Positions 10,470 through 21,851 of a DNA stretch of 46,741 nucleotides are shown here, piece after piece. This DNA comes from Nitrospirae bacterium CG2_30_70_394. GTDB taxonomy: Bacteria; CG2-30-53-67; CG2-30-70-394. The position numbers and the translations under genes were made by a program. Location: assembly GCA_001873295.1 (NCBI GenBank), contig MNYW01000083.1, forward strand, positions 299-47,039, written 5' to 3'. The notes under the pieces are model-generated. The model had not been told where the DNA came from. It ran no database searches and was given only the letters and a program-made list of their open reading frames with translations. Within the stretch, counting starts at the first letter, position 1; every line of letters begins with the position of its first letter.

Positions 10470-11147
10470 TCACTCGGGGAGGCGCAGGACATAGCCCGCA
10501 CCGCGCACCGTGTGGATCAGCGGCGGGTCGAATCCCTTGTCGATCTTCTTCCGGAGGTAGTTCACGTAAACGTCGACGACGTTGGTGAACGATTCCTCCG
10601 TTCCCCCCCACACATGCTCGGTGAGGCGGGCCCGGGAGAGGACCTTTCCGGGGTTTTGCATGAAGTAGAGGAGGAGGGAGTACTCCTTGGCGGTGAGCTG
10701 GATCTCTTGGCCGGCGCGGCTCACCTGACGGCTCACCGGGTCGAGGTGGAGGTCGGCGAGGGTGATCGCGGCGGTGGTCTGGAGCGCTTGACTCCGGCGC
10801 ATGAGGGCCTGGATGCGGGCGAGGAGCTCGTCGAAGGAGAAGGGCTTGGGGAGGTAGTCGTCCGCCCCCGTCTCCAGGCCGTGGACCCGGTCCTCCACCT
10901 CGCCCAGGGCGGTGAGCATGATCACCGGCACCGTGTTGCCCGCGCCGCGCAACTCGGCGAGGACCGCGAAGCCGTCCTTCTTCGGCAGCATGACGTCGAG
11001 GATCACCACGTCGAACGCCCCTTGGCTCGCCTCAAAGGCCCCCTCTTCGCCATCGGCGGCCACCACCACCCGGTACCCCTCCTCGGTGAGGCCGCGGCGG
11101 ATGAACTCTGAGACCTTCAGCTCGTCTTCGATGAGGAGGATACGCAT
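10470..11147 (-). CDS. OmpR/CusR-family DNA-binding response regulator
   Basis: ILLIEDE, ILDVMLP, GADDYLPKPF and winged-helix NVVDVYVNYLRKKID..IHTVRGAGY. Confidence 0.93.
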   Translation of the reverse strand: MRILLIEDELKVSEFIRRGLTEEGYRVVVAADGEEGAFEASQGAFDVVILDVMLPKKDGFAVLAELRGAGNTVPVIMLTALGEVEDRVHGLETGADDYLPKPFSFDELLARIQALMRRSQALQTTAAITLADLHLDPVSRQVSRAGQEIQLTAKEYSLLLYFMQNPGKVLSRARLTEHVWGGTEESFTNVVDVYVNYLRKKIDKGFDPPLIHTVRGAGYVLRLPE

Positions 11148-11300
11148 GGCGAGTCGCCGGGCCGGCGCGCGGGACCCGGATTGTCCTGTACCGGCGGGCG
11201 GTGGGGAAGGGGAGGGGGTGAAGGATGAGGAGGGGGTGCTGGCGTCCCACCCCGCACCGGGGCCATGAGGGGCGAAGGAGGATAGGTGCGGCGCCCCCCC

Positions 11301-11408
11301 CGGCGGCTCGATTCGTTTGGCGTCGTGGTTCTCTCGCGACGCGACCAGCAAGCAGGTGGAGGAGATCGGCGGCGGCTCGATTCGTTTGGCGTCGTGGTTC
11401 TCTCGCGA
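11301..11408. repeat. Exact 39-bp direct repeat pair with 30 bp between copies
   Basis: CGGCGGCTCGATTCGTTTGGCGTCGTGGTTCTCTCGCGA at 11301-11339 and 11370-11408. Confidence 0.9.
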
Positions 11409-11469
11409 ACCCCGCCGGCGCGCGGGGTGGGGGGTTCATCCGCCCATCCCCTGGGCGCGCGCCGCCTGC

Positions 11470-12915
11470 CTATCGCCGCCAAAACTCGGGCAGAAAGAGG
11501 ACCAGCACGGTGTAGAGCTCCAGGCGGCCAAGGAGCATGCACAACGACAGGATCCACTTGGCGGCCCCGGGGAGGGCTGCGAAGGTGTGCGAGGGGCCGA
11601 CCATGCCGAGCCCCGGGCCGACGTTCCCCATGGCGGTGATGACCGCGGTGGTCGCAGTGATCAGGTCGATGCCGAGGCTGGTGAGGGCCAGGCTGGCGAT
11701 GACCAAGACCAACAGATAGAGGAAGAAGAAACCCCAGATCTCATGGACGATCTCCGGGTCCACGGTGCGGCCGGAGAGGCGCACCTGGGTCACCGCGTGC
11801 GGGTGGACGAGGTGGCGGAGCTGCTGGAACCCCTGTTTGAAGAGGAGGAGGATGCGGACGCTCTTGATCCCCCCACAGGTGGAGCCGGCCATGGCACCGG
11901 TAAACATCACGGTGAGCAACACCCCCTGGGTGACGAAGGGCCACAGCGCATAGTCGGCGGTGGCAAAGCCGCTCGTGGTGATCACCGAGGCGACCTGGAA
12001 GATCCCGAAACGCGCGGCGCTACCCCAGGTGTGGCCGGCGACACGCAGGGCCACGACGGTGAGGAGACACGCCCCGCTGAACAACAGGGCGAAGAACTTC
12101 AGCTCCGAGTCGCCCTGCAGGGTGCGCCACCGCCCGGCGAGGATGCGGTAGTGGAGGACGAAGTTGATCCCGCCGGCAAGCATGAAGAGGGTCACCACCC
12201 AGTCCACCGCCGCCGACTGGTAGAAACCCACAGAGGCGTCGTGGGTGGAGAAGCCACCGGTGGCGAGGGTGGCGAGGCTGTGGCAGACGGCGTCAAAGGG
12301 GGAGAGGTGGAGGGCGATGAGGATGGCGGTCTCGGCGAGGGTGAGGAAGGTGTAGATCCCCCACAACCGCGCCGCTGTGTCGCGCACCCGCGGGCTGAGC
12401 TTGTCCGCCACCGGCCCGGGGGTCTCCGCCTTGAAGAGCTGCATGCCGCCGACGCCCAACAGCGGCAGGATGGCGATCGACAGCACGATCATCCCCATGC
12501 CGCCGAGCCACTGGGTGATTGCCCGCCACAACAAGATCGCGTGCGGCATCGCGTCGAGGCCGGAGAAGATCGTCGAGCCGGTGGTGGTGAAGCCGCTCAT
12601 CGCCTCGAAGAAGGCGTCGGTGGGCGAGCGGGTGAGACCGCAGAAGAGGTACGGCAGGGCGCCGAGGGTGGCGGCCAGCAGCCAGGTGAGGGTGACGATG
12701 ACAAACCCCTCGCGGTGGGAGATCTCAGGCGTCTTGTTCGGGGTGGTGGCGAGGAGGATGAGGGCGAGGCCAAGGCCGCACAGGGAGGCGATCCCCAGGC
12801 CGGTGGCGGATGGGTCGCCGGTGAGGGCGCCGTACGCCCACGGCACCGCCATCGCCAGGCCGAAGAAGGCGGCCATGACGCCGAGAATGCGAAAGATGAT
12901 GGCGAACTGGAGCAT
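11470..12915 (-). CDS. trkH: Trk potassium uptake membrane protein
   Basis: FFEAMSGFTTTG, QWLGGMG, ATGGFS, TTSGF, GSTCGGIK, GNVGPG and GRLE motifs. Confidence 0.95.
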   Translation of the reverse strand: MLQFAIIFRILGVMAAFFGLAMAVPWAYGALTGDPSATGLGIASLCGLGLALILLATTPNKTPEISHREGFVIVTLTWLLAATLGALPYLFCGLTRSPTDAFFEAMSGFTTTGSTIFSGLDAMPHAILLWRAITQWLGGMGMIVLSIAILPLLGVGGMQLFKAETPGPVADKLSPRVRDTAARLWGIYTFLTLAETAILIALHLSPFDAVCHSLATLATGGFSTHDASVGFYQSAAVDWVVTLFMLAGGINFVLHYRILAGRWRTLQGDSELKFFALLFSGACLLTVVALRVAGHTWGSAARFGIFQVASVITTSGFATADYALWPFVTQGVLLTVMFTGAMAGSTCGGIKSVRILLLFKQGFQQLRHLVHPHAVTQVRLSGRTVDPEIVHEIWGFFFLYLLVLVIASLALTSLGIDLITATTAVITAMGNVGPGLGMVGPSHTFAALPGAAKWILSLCMLLGRLELYTVLVLFLPEFWRR

Positions 12916-12926
12916 GGGGGGGGGCA

Positions 12927-13096
12927 GTAGAAAGGAGGAGGTAGAAAGTAGAAAGGGGGAGGCGACACGAAGGGGCTGTGCGGGTCGGGTGGCTCGCCGG
13001 GAATGGACCACGGCGTTACCCGCGTGGCGGATTTCTACGTGGCCTCGGCGCCGCCGTGGCTGCCTCCAGCTCCCGTCCTACCTCCTACCTCCTACC
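12927..13096. repeat. Intergenic insert with inverted heptamer-repeat arms
   Basis: Purine arm GTAGAAAGGAGGAGGTAGAAAGTAGAAAGGGGG (12927-12959) and pyrimidine arm TCCTACCTCCTACCTCCTACC (13076-13096), between trkA and trkH. Confidence 0.7.
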
Positions 13097-13103
13097 GCGG
13101 TCC

Positions 13104-14468
13104 TCACCACGCGGTCGCCTTCATCTGCAGCGCCTTTTCCACCTTCTTCACCGCCGGCTTCAGCGCCACGATCACCACCCGGTCGCCCGCCTCCACCACG
13201 TCGCTGCCGGTGGCGATCCGGGACTCGCCCTCGTGCAGGATGGCGCCGACGATCGCCCCCTTCGGGAAGTTCACCTCCGCCAGGGGGGTGCCCACGAGGT
13301 CGGAGCCGGCGATCGCTACCGCCTCCATGATCTCCGCCTGGTCCTCCACCAGTTGATCCACCGCCAGGACCTTGCCCTTGCGGATGAAACGCAGGACCGC
13401 GCCGACCGTGGAGAGGCGCGGATTGAGTGCCGCGTCGATCCCCAGCGACGGCGCCAGCGGCACATACTCGGGCCGGTTGAGGAGGCAGAAGACCTTCCGC
13501 GCGCCGAGGCGGCGAGCGAGCATCGAGGCGAGCATGTTGTCCTCCTCATCGTGGCTCACCGCGAGGAAGAGGTCGCAGCTCCCCACGTTTTCCTCGCGCA
13601 TGAGGTCGACGTCGGTGAGGTCACCATGTAGGACGATGGCGCGGGCGAGGTTCTCCGACAGCACCGCACAGCGCTGCTCGTCCGGCTCGATGATCTTCAC
13701 CGTGATGTTGCTCGACTCCAGGTTGTGGGCGACGGTCTGCGCCACCTGGCCGCCGCCGCCGATCACCACGTGGGTAATCGGCGGGCCGGCGAGGCCGAGC
13801 TTGGGAAGGCGGGCGTCGAGGTCGGCGGGGCGGCCGAGGAGGTAGATCTGGTCGTCGGCGTGGAGGTGGTCGGTGCCGTGCGGGATGAGGACCCGGCCGT
13901 CGCGCAGGACCGCGCACACCAGCACCCGCGCCTCGGCGTTGGGCGGGAAGCTGCGCTTCAGCGGCTCGCCCACCAGGGCGGAGCCGGCCTGAATGTGGAA
14001 GGCGGCGAGGCGCAGGGTGCCGTCGCCGAACTCGAGGACCTCGGTGGCGGCGGGGAAGTCGATGAGTCGCTGGAGGCGGGCCGCTACCTCCATCTCCGGG
14101 TGGATGATCAGGTCGATCCCCACCGCCTCCGAGGCGAGAATCTCGCCCACCTCCGCGTATCCCACCTCGCGGATGCGCGCCACCTTGTGCGGCACGCCGA
14201 AGCGATGGGTGGCGATCATGCAGGTGGTCAGGTTCACCTCGTCCGAGTCGGTGACCGCCACCAAGATCTCTGCATCCTCCGCGCCCGCCTCACCGAGGAC
14301 CCGCGGCACGCTGCACTTCCCCACCACCCCTTGAATGTCGAGGAGCTCGCTGGCGCGCGCGATGCGCGCCGGATCGAGGTCAATGAGGGAGACCGAGTGG
14401 CCGTTGCGAGAGAGCCAGCGGGCAATGTTGAACCCCACCTCACCGGCACCGGCGACGATCACACGCAT
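13104..14468 (-). CDS. trkA: Trk system RCK regulatory subunit
   Basis: Two RCK N/C pairs with GAGEVG and GGGQVA; 454 aa; upstream of trkH. Confidence 0.95.
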   Translation of the reverse strand: MRVIVAGAGEVGFNIARWLSRNGHSVSLIDLDPARIARASELLDIQGVVGKCSVPRVLGEAGAEDAEILVAVTDSDEVNLTTCMIATHRFGVPHKVARIREVGYAEVGEILASEAVGIDLIIHPEMEVAARLQRLIDFPAATEVLEFGDGTLRLAAFHIQAGSALVGEPLKRSFPPNAEARVLVCAVLRDGRVLIPHGTDHLHADDQIYLLGRPADLDARLPKLGLAGPPITHVVIGGGGQVAQTVAHNLESSNITVKIIEPDEQRCAVLSENLARAIVLHGDLTDVDLMREENVGSCDLFLAVSHDEEDNMLASMLARRLGARKVFCLLNRPEYVPLAPSLGIDAALNPRLSTVGAVLRFIRKGKVLAVDQLVEDQAEIMEAVAIAGSDLVGTPLAEVNFPKGAIVGAILHEGESRIATGSDVVEAGDRVVIVALKPAVKKVEKALQMKATAW

Positions 14469-14495
14469 GGCTGGCTCCGAAGTCCGGACGGTGGC

Positions 14496-15713
14496 CTATC
14501 GGCCGATGGGTTCGAGATCCACGGTGCGGATCTCCCGCTCGCTGGCGGCGCGGATGGTGATGCGCAGCTCCGGGAGCTGCAAGCGCTCCCCCTCGACCGG
14601 GATGCGATGGAACTGCTCCAGAAGGAAGCCGGCCACCGTGTCGTACTGCTGGCTCACGAGCTCGATGGAGGTCTCCTCCTCCAGCTCGTCGAGGGTGAGA
14701 CGTGCCTCCACTCGCCAGCCACCGCCTTGCAAGGCGGTGATGGGTGAACGTTCCACCACGTCGTGCTCGTCGGTGATCTCGCCAACCAGCTCCTCGATCA
14801 CGTCCTCGGCGGTGACGATACCGGTGGCGCCGCCGTACTCGTCCACTACCACCGCCAAATGGATTTGGCGCTCGCGCAGGCAATCGAGGAGGAGGTCGGC
14901 GGTCATCGTTTCCGGCACGTAGAAGGGTGGCTGGGTCAGGGTGGAGACCGGCTGGCGGTCATCGTTCACCGCCAGGAGGTCGAAGGCGTTGAGGATGCCG
15001 ACGATGTTGTAGATCCGGTGACGGAGGACTGGAAAACGCGAGAAGCGGGTCCGGTTCACCACCTGGATCGCCTCCGCCACCGTCTGCTTCTCCTCCACCG
15101 CGACCACGTCGACGATCGGCACCATGATCTGACTCACCTCCGTCTCCTTCAGATCGAAGATGCGGCCGATCATCGCCTCCTCGTCGGGCGTCTCCTCGTG
15201 GCGAAACCGGTCGAGGTCGCGCAGGGAGTCGAGCTCCTCGCGGTTGAGATAGACGAGGTGGCGATCCCCCGCCCGCCTCCCGCCCAGAAGGCGCTCTAGG
15301 TGGAGGAGCGGGAGGATCCCCGGCCACAGGGGGGCGAGGGCGGCGGCGAAGTAAGGCAGCTCCGCCACGGCGCGCTCCGGAGTGGAGCGCCGGCTCAAGG
15401 CCACCGCGGCGACCACCCCCCCGGTGATCGCCACCAGGGTCAGGCCGCGGCCGGCGCCGGCGGGCAAGAGCGGCGCGAGGGCGGCGACGGCCACCGCCAG
15501 GAGGGGGATCTGCACCAGGCGCAGGGTTGCCTGCAGGGCGACCGGCTCCTTCAAAGCGGCGAGCAGGGGGGTGAGGGAGGGCGCCTCGGCGGCGGTCGCT
15601 TGCAGGTCGATCTTGTTCACCACCTCCAGGTGGTGGTCGAGACGGGCGAGGGCCACCGCCGCCACGATCGCGGTCACGGCGAGGCCGAGCAACAAGATCG
15701 TCACCCCCATCAT
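14496..15713 (-). CDS. HlyC/CorC (CNNM-like) CBS-domain membrane protein
   Basis: Hydrophobic N-terminus, [41 protein letters not shown] and a CorC C-terminal domain. Confidence 0.87.
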   Translation of the reverse strand: MMGVTILLLGLAVTAIVAAVALARLDHHLEVVNKIDLQATAAEAPSLTPLLAALKEPVALQATLRLVQIPLLAVAVAALAPLLPAGAGRGLTLVAITGGVVAAVALSRRSTPERAVAELPYFAAALAPLWPGILPLLHLERLLGGRRAGDRHLVYLNREELDSLRDLDRFRHEETPDEEAMIGRIFDLKETEVSQIMVPIVDVVAVEEKQTVAEAIQVVNRTRFSRFPVLRHRIYNIVGILNAFDLLAVNDDRQPVSTLTQPPFYVPETMTADLLLDCLRERQIHLAVVVDEYGGATGIVTAEDVIEELVGEITDEHDVVERSPITALQGGGWRVEARLTLDELEEETSIELVSQQYDTVAGFLLEQFHRIPVEGERLQLPELRITIRAASEREIRTVDLEPIGR

Positions 15714-16843
15714 CCCTCCGCCTCGTGGGGGGGCCGCGGCGGGGCGTGGACCTCCAGGGTGACGACGCGCAGGCCATCCACCGCGCTTACCACGATCTCC
15801 ACCCCCTCGACCTCCAGCCGCTCGCCGACCGCCGGGAAGTGGTCGAGCCGGTGGATCACGAAGCCGCCCAGGGTCTCGAAGTCGTTGCCCTGGATGTGGG
15901 TGGCGAAGGTGTCGTTGAACTCCTCCGGGGAGGCCATCGCCGAGACTCGGAAGCGGCCATCGCCGAGCGGTTCGATCGGTCGCTCCTCGCCCCCTTCGCC
16001 AAGCTCGCCGACCAGCTCGCGCAGGATGTCTTCCATGCACACCAGCCCCGAGGTAGTGCCGTGCTCGTCGATGACGATGGCGACGTGGACGTGGCTGCGC
16101 TGGAAGTCGCGCAACAGCTCGTCAATGGCGCGCGTCTCGGGGACGAAGAGGGGCGGCTGGGCGAGGTCGCGCAGCGGCGGGAGGGCGGTGCGGCCGGCGG
16201 CCAAAAGGTCCTTGGCGTAGACGATCCCCAGTACGTGGTCGAGGTCGCCGTCGATCACCGGCACCCGCGAGAAGCGACCGCGGAGGAGCTCGGGGATGAT
16301 CCGCTCCGGGGGCAGGTCGGCGGCGAGGGCGAAGATGTCGGGGCGTGGCGTCATCACCTCGCGTACCTGCGTCTCGCCGAAGCTATAGACGTTGTGGAGC
16401 AGCTCGCGGATCGTGTCGTCCGACTCCTCCACGGCGGTCGGCGGCGGGGGCGGCGGCGGGGCGCGGTGCAACCATGACCGCAGCGGGGTGGCGAGGAGGG
16501 GGGCGATACAGAGATCGCCGAGGTGGGCAACCCGGCGACACATCCGGTCGGAGAGGTGGTCCGCGACCCGCAGGGGCAGCGGGTCGCGGACCAGCACTAC
16601 CGCGGTCAGGCCGAGGGCGAGGTGAATCGCTTCGAGGTCACCGCGCAGCAGGCCGCCCGCGGCGAGGGCGGCGACCAGCGCCGCGACGGTGCAGGCGAGC
16701 TCCACGGCGTGGTGGGCCTCCCCCTCAGCCGGCGCCGGCGGCTCCAGCTCCACCTGGCGTCCCGCACAACGGCGGACGAGGTTCGCCGTGAACAGGAGCG
16801 CCACGAGGGCAACGAGGATGAGTCCCGCCGGATCTGGGTCCAA
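15710..16843 (-). CDS. HlyC/CorC (CNNM-like) CBS-domain membrane protein, second paralogue
   Basis: TTG start (MDPDPAG) after AGGAAAG; VREVMTPR, FSRVPV, IDEHGTTSGLVCMEDILRELVGE and ETLGGF. Confidence 0.85.
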   Translation of the reverse strand: MDPDPAGLILVALVALLFTANLVRRCAGRQVELEPPAPAEGEAHHAVELACTVAALVAALAAGGLLRGDLEAIHLALGLTAVVLVRDPLPLRVADHLSDRMCRRVAHLGDLCIAPLLATPLRSWLHRAPPPPPPPTAVEESDDTIRELLHNVYSFGETQVREVMTPRPDIFALAADLPPERIIPELLRGRFSRVPVIDGDLDHVLGIVYAKDLLAAGRTALPPLRDLAQPPLFVPETRAIDELLRDFQRSHVHVAIVIDEHGTTSGLVCMEDILRELVGELGEGGEERPIEPLGDGRFRVSAMASPEEFNDTFATHIQGNDFETLGGFVIHRLDHFPAVGERLEVEGVEIVVSAVDGLRVVTLEVHAPPRPPHEAEG

Positions 16844-16870
16844 ACCGATCTTTCCTATGCTGTGGATTCC

Positions 16871-16937
16871 GAAGGAGGGAGGGGGTAGAGCGCGCACCTC
16901 CGCACCGCCGCGGTGGCGCCTCCCCCCTTCCTCCTTC
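16871..16937. repeat. 14-bp purine/pyrimidine inverted repeat (one mismatch) between aspS and the CorC gene
   Basis: GAAGGAGGGAGGGG (16871-16884) and CCCCTTCCTCCTTC (16924-16937). Confidence 0.6.
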
Positions 16938-16944
16938 CTGTGCC

Positions 16945-18720
<1,776 letters not shown>

Positions 18721-19213
18721 GTCCGTACCCTCCGTGCGGCCCGACGGGACCGAAATGGGGCGGCAGTGTACCAGTCAGCGGCGGCGGGCAGTAGCGGCGC
18801 CTCGCCTCCAGAGTCGGTCGCTTTGGCGATCGGCGCGCCCACCCGCGGGCCCGATCCGGGCCGAGAGCCGGTCGCAGCCGGAGACCGGGACAAGGTCCGG
18901 CTCGCCCCTACGGACCGGTCGCAGGCAGGACCGCCGCGTCGCGGGTGGTGCGGGCGGTGGCCGGAGCCAGGCGCGGCGGTACCGCCGGTGTGGGCGCCCT
19001 AGATTCCGCACGGGTCGTGGATGGCGGCCGGGAGGGGCGGGGCGCGCGGCGGGTTCTGAGGCGACCGCCAGCCGGTCGCGGGTCGGCGCCCGCCGCGGGA
19101 TGCGGACCGGTGGAGGCGTGATCGCTCGGCCGGCGCGCCGGCGGGTGAGCGAGATGGGTGGGCAACACACTGAGGGTGCGGCCCCGTCGTTTCGGGTAGG
19201 CGTTCCGTGCGCG

Positions 19214-19303
19214 GGCGACGCGGTGCGCGCGGGGGTGGGTCGGTGGGGGGAGATGAGCGGGTTGGCCACCGCTACGGCGACGCGGTGCGCGCGGGGGTGG
19301 GTC
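19214..19303. repeat. Exact 28-bp direct repeat pair with 34 bp between copies
   Basis: GGCGACGCGGTGCGCGCGGGGGTGGGTC at 19214-19241 and 19276-19303. Confidence 0.88.
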
Positions 19304-19307
19304 TCCC

Positions 19308-19370
19308 TTGATGGGTGTCAAAGCCGCGCCGGGCGTGGCTTTGCGCGGAAAAGAAGCGGCAAGCTAGTGT
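19308..19370 (+). promoter_or_regulatory. FNR/CRP-like box plus candidate sigma70 promoter of the Rieske/cyt b operon
   Basis: TTGAT-GGGT-GTCAA (19308-19321; one mismatch to FNR consensus), then TTGCGC (19341-46)-18 bp-TAGTGT (19365-70). Confidence 0.5.
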
Positions 19371-19452
19371 AATGGTGGTCTTTCCGTTGATTGGCCCCGC
19401 GGGGGCGTGGTAGCGTCCGCGCCCGTTCGGCGCAGGTAGGGGGAGAGCAGCC

Positions 19453-21306
19453 GTGGCACCGGCCTACAACCAGAGAAAGTTCGACCTGAAGATCGTCGAC
19501 CAGGAGTACCTGTTCGGGAACTTCTCCTGCGCCGCCGGCTGTCCGGTCTACACCCACGCCGGCGAGTACGTGCAGGCGATCGCCGAGGGCGATTTCGAGC
19601 GCGCCTACGCGGTGGCGCGCGGCCCCAACGTCTTCGCCTCGGTGTGCGGCCGCACCTGCTCCCATCCGTGTGAGCAGCAGTGTCGCAAGGGGGTGGTGGC
19701 AAAGCGGCCGATCTCGATTCGGGCGCTGAAGCGATATGTGACGGAGAAGTACGGGGTGGAGATCACCCGCAACCTGCAAAAGAGCCTCTCGTTTTCCACC
19801 GCCCCGGGCTCCACCCACCCCACCCCCAACGGCCACAAGGTGGCGATGGTCGGTGCCGGTCCAGCGGGCATCTCGTGCGCCCACGACCTCGCCCGCCTCG
19901 GCTACGAATGCCACGTCTACGAGCGGCTCGAGGTCCCCGGCGGGATGCTCTACGTCGGGATTCCCGAGTACCGCCTGCCGCGCGAGCTGATCAAGAACGA
20001 GGTGGCGGCGGTGGAGCTGCTCGGGGTACAGATCCACTACGGCCAGGAGTGCGGCAAAGACTTCACCGTCCAGTCGCTCTTTGACGACGGCTGCGAGGCG
20101 GTCTTCCTTGGCATCGGCGCCCACCTCGGCCGCGGCTTGCCGATCCCCGGCAAGGAGCTTCAGGGGATCCACGTCGCCGTTCCCTTCCTGCGCGACGCGG
20201 CCCTCTACCGGCCGATCGCGGAGCTGGGCGAGCGGGTGTTGATCATCGGCGGCGGCAACGTCGCGATGGACGTGGCGCGCACCACCATCCGGGTGAAGCC
20301 GGAGGTGAAGGAGGTGCGGATCACCTGTTTGGAAAGCCGCGACAAGATGCTCGCCTTCCCCTGGGAGCTGGAGGAGGCCATGGAGGAGGGGGCGACCCTC
20401 GACGCCGGTTGGGGGCCCCTGGAGTTTGTCGGCGAGAAGGGCCGGCTCACCGGCGTGCGGATGAAGCAGATCGCCTCGATCTTCGACGCCGCGGGCAAGT
20501 TCAACCCAGAGTACGTGGAGGGGAGCGAGACGATCTTCGCCTGCGATACCTGCGTGCTGGCCATCGGCCAGGGGATCGACACCACCTTTCTGACCGCGGC
20601 GGATGGGGTAAAGGTGGGGCCACGCGGCAACATCGAGACCAATCCACAGACGATGCAGACCTCCAACCCGCGCGTCTTCTGCGGCGGCGACGCGGCCTTC
20701 GGGCCTAGGCTGGTGATCGATGCGGTGGCCGAGGGGAGCCGGGCGGCGCGCGGCATCGACGAGCTGATCCAGGGGCGGTCGCGGATCATCAAGCTGTGGT
20801 CCTCCACCGAGGTCCCCAACTTCCACGTCAGCCCGCTGATCGACCTTGACGCCAAGCGGCCCGAGGTCTTTGCGATGGCGGCGGACTACGACTACCGCCC
20901 GCGCATCGAGCCGCTCACGATCTCCTTCGACGATCGTCACAACTGGAAAGAGGTGGAGCAGGTCTACTCGCAGGCGGATGCGCGCGCCGAGGGCAACCGC
21001 TGCCTGCGCTGCAACTTCAACACCGTCTTCTCGTCGGCCACCTGCATCCTGTGCGGCGGCTGTATCGACGTCTGCCCGGAAAACTGTCTGTCGATCATCG
21101 ACGTCGCGCAGATCCACGCCGCCACCGGGTCCGCCATGGAGCAACTCTTGGCGGCGCGCTACGCGGGTGAGGCGGCGCCGAACGGCGCGGCCATCATCAA
21201 GGACGACGCCCGGTGCGTGCGCTGCGACCTCTGTGTCCGGCGCTGCCCCACGGACGCGATCACCATGGAGCGGTACGAGGAAAGGGAGGTGGCTCTCGAT
21301 GTCTGA
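19453..21306 (+). CDS. FAD/Fe-S NAD(P)H oxidoreductase (GltD/NfnB/DsrL-like architecture with C-terminal 2x[4Fe-4S])
   Basis: CAAGCP..CGRTCSHPCEQQC, GAGPAG, GIPEYRLP, GGGNVAMD, GGD, RCLRC, CILCGGCIDVCP and CVRCDLCVRRCP. Confidence 0.88.
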   Translation: MAPAYNQRKFDLKIVDQEYLFGNFSCAAGCPVYTHAGEYVQAIAEGDFERAYAVARGPNVFASVCGRTCSHPCEQQCRKGVVAKRPISIRALKRYVTEKYGVEITRNLQKSLSFSTAPGSTHPTPNGHKVAMVGAGPAGISCAHDLARLGYECHVYERLEVPGGMLYVGIPEYRLPRELIKNEVAAVELLGVQIHYGQECGKDFTVQSLFDDGCEAVFLGIGAHLGRGLPIPGKELQGIHVAVPFLRDAALYRPIAELGERVLIIGGGNVAMDVARTTIRVKPEVKEVRITCLESRDKMLAFPWELEEAMEEGATLDAGWGPLEFVGEKGRLTGVRMKQIASIFDAAGKFNPEYVEGSETIFACDTCVLAIGQGIDTTFLTAADGVKVGPRGNIETNPQTMQTSNPRVFCGGDAAFGPRLVIDAVAEGSRAARGIDELIQGRSRIIKLWSSTEVPNFHVSPLIDLDAKRPEVFAMAADYDYRPRIEPLTISFDDRHNWKEVEQVYSQADARAEGNRCLRCNFNTVFSSATCILCGGCIDVCPENCLSIIDVAQIHAATGSAMEQLLAARYAGEAAPNGAAIIKDDARCVRCDLCVRRCPTDAITMERYEEREVALDV

Positions 21307-21799
21307 TCCCACTGTCGAGCCGGAGTTCAGCTACGACCAGTTTTCCCGCCGGGACTTCTTCACCTTGGTGGGCGGGGTCGCCATGGCCGGCACCTTCGGC
21401 GCCGCCTTGGTGGCGTCGTTCCGCTACATGTGGCCGAACGTCCTCTACGAGCCGCCCACCCGCTACAAGATTGGCCCCCCGGCCGAGTACCCGGTGGGGG
21501 TCAACTTCGTCGCCGACCAGCGGATCTTCGTGGTCCGCGGGGTCTACGGCCTGCAGGAGAACGAGTACCGGGTGGTGTCGGCGATCTGCACCCACATGGG
21601 GTGCACCCCGAAGTGGGTGCAGGCGAACGAGCGCTGGGAGTGCCCGTGCCATGGCAGTCAGTTCAACACCCTCGGGGTGAAGGTGGCCGGGCCGGCGCCG
21701 CGGCCGCTGCCGTGGTACGAGGTGAGCATGGGCAACGACGGCCGCTTGCTGGTGGACCAAAACAAGGTGGTCGCCGCCGACTTCAAGCTGAGTGTGTGA
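21299..21799 (+). CDS. Rieske [2Fe-2S] subunit of a Rieske/cytochrome b complex
   Basis: Tat motif SRRDFF plus TM anchor; CTHMGC, CPCHGSQF and GPAPRPL. Overlaps the upstream gene by 8 bp. Confidence 0.93.
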   Translation: MSDPTVEPEFSYDQFSRRDFFTLVGGVAMAGTFGAALVASFRYMWPNVLYEPPTRYKIGPPAEYPVGVNFVADQRIFVVRGVYGLQENEYRVVSAICTHMGCTPKWVQANERWECPCHGSQFNTLGVKVAGPAPRPLPWYEVSMGNDGRLLVDQNKVVAADFKLSV

Positions 21800-21851
21800 C
21801 GGCCTGGACCCGCGGGCGGGGGGAGCGCCACCGAGGAGTGAGGAGGAAGAG

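Noticed and set aside
18721-19213. Small ORFs or an ncRNA in the long aspS-oxidoreductase gap
   Set aside because: ORFs are compositionally spurious, and I recognised no tRNA, riboswitch or T-box; an Rfam scan would be needed.
19453-21306. Naming the gene dsrL, gltD or nfnB
   Set aside because: Architecture is similar, but no dsr, gltB or nfnA partner is adjacent; orthology needs a phylogeny.
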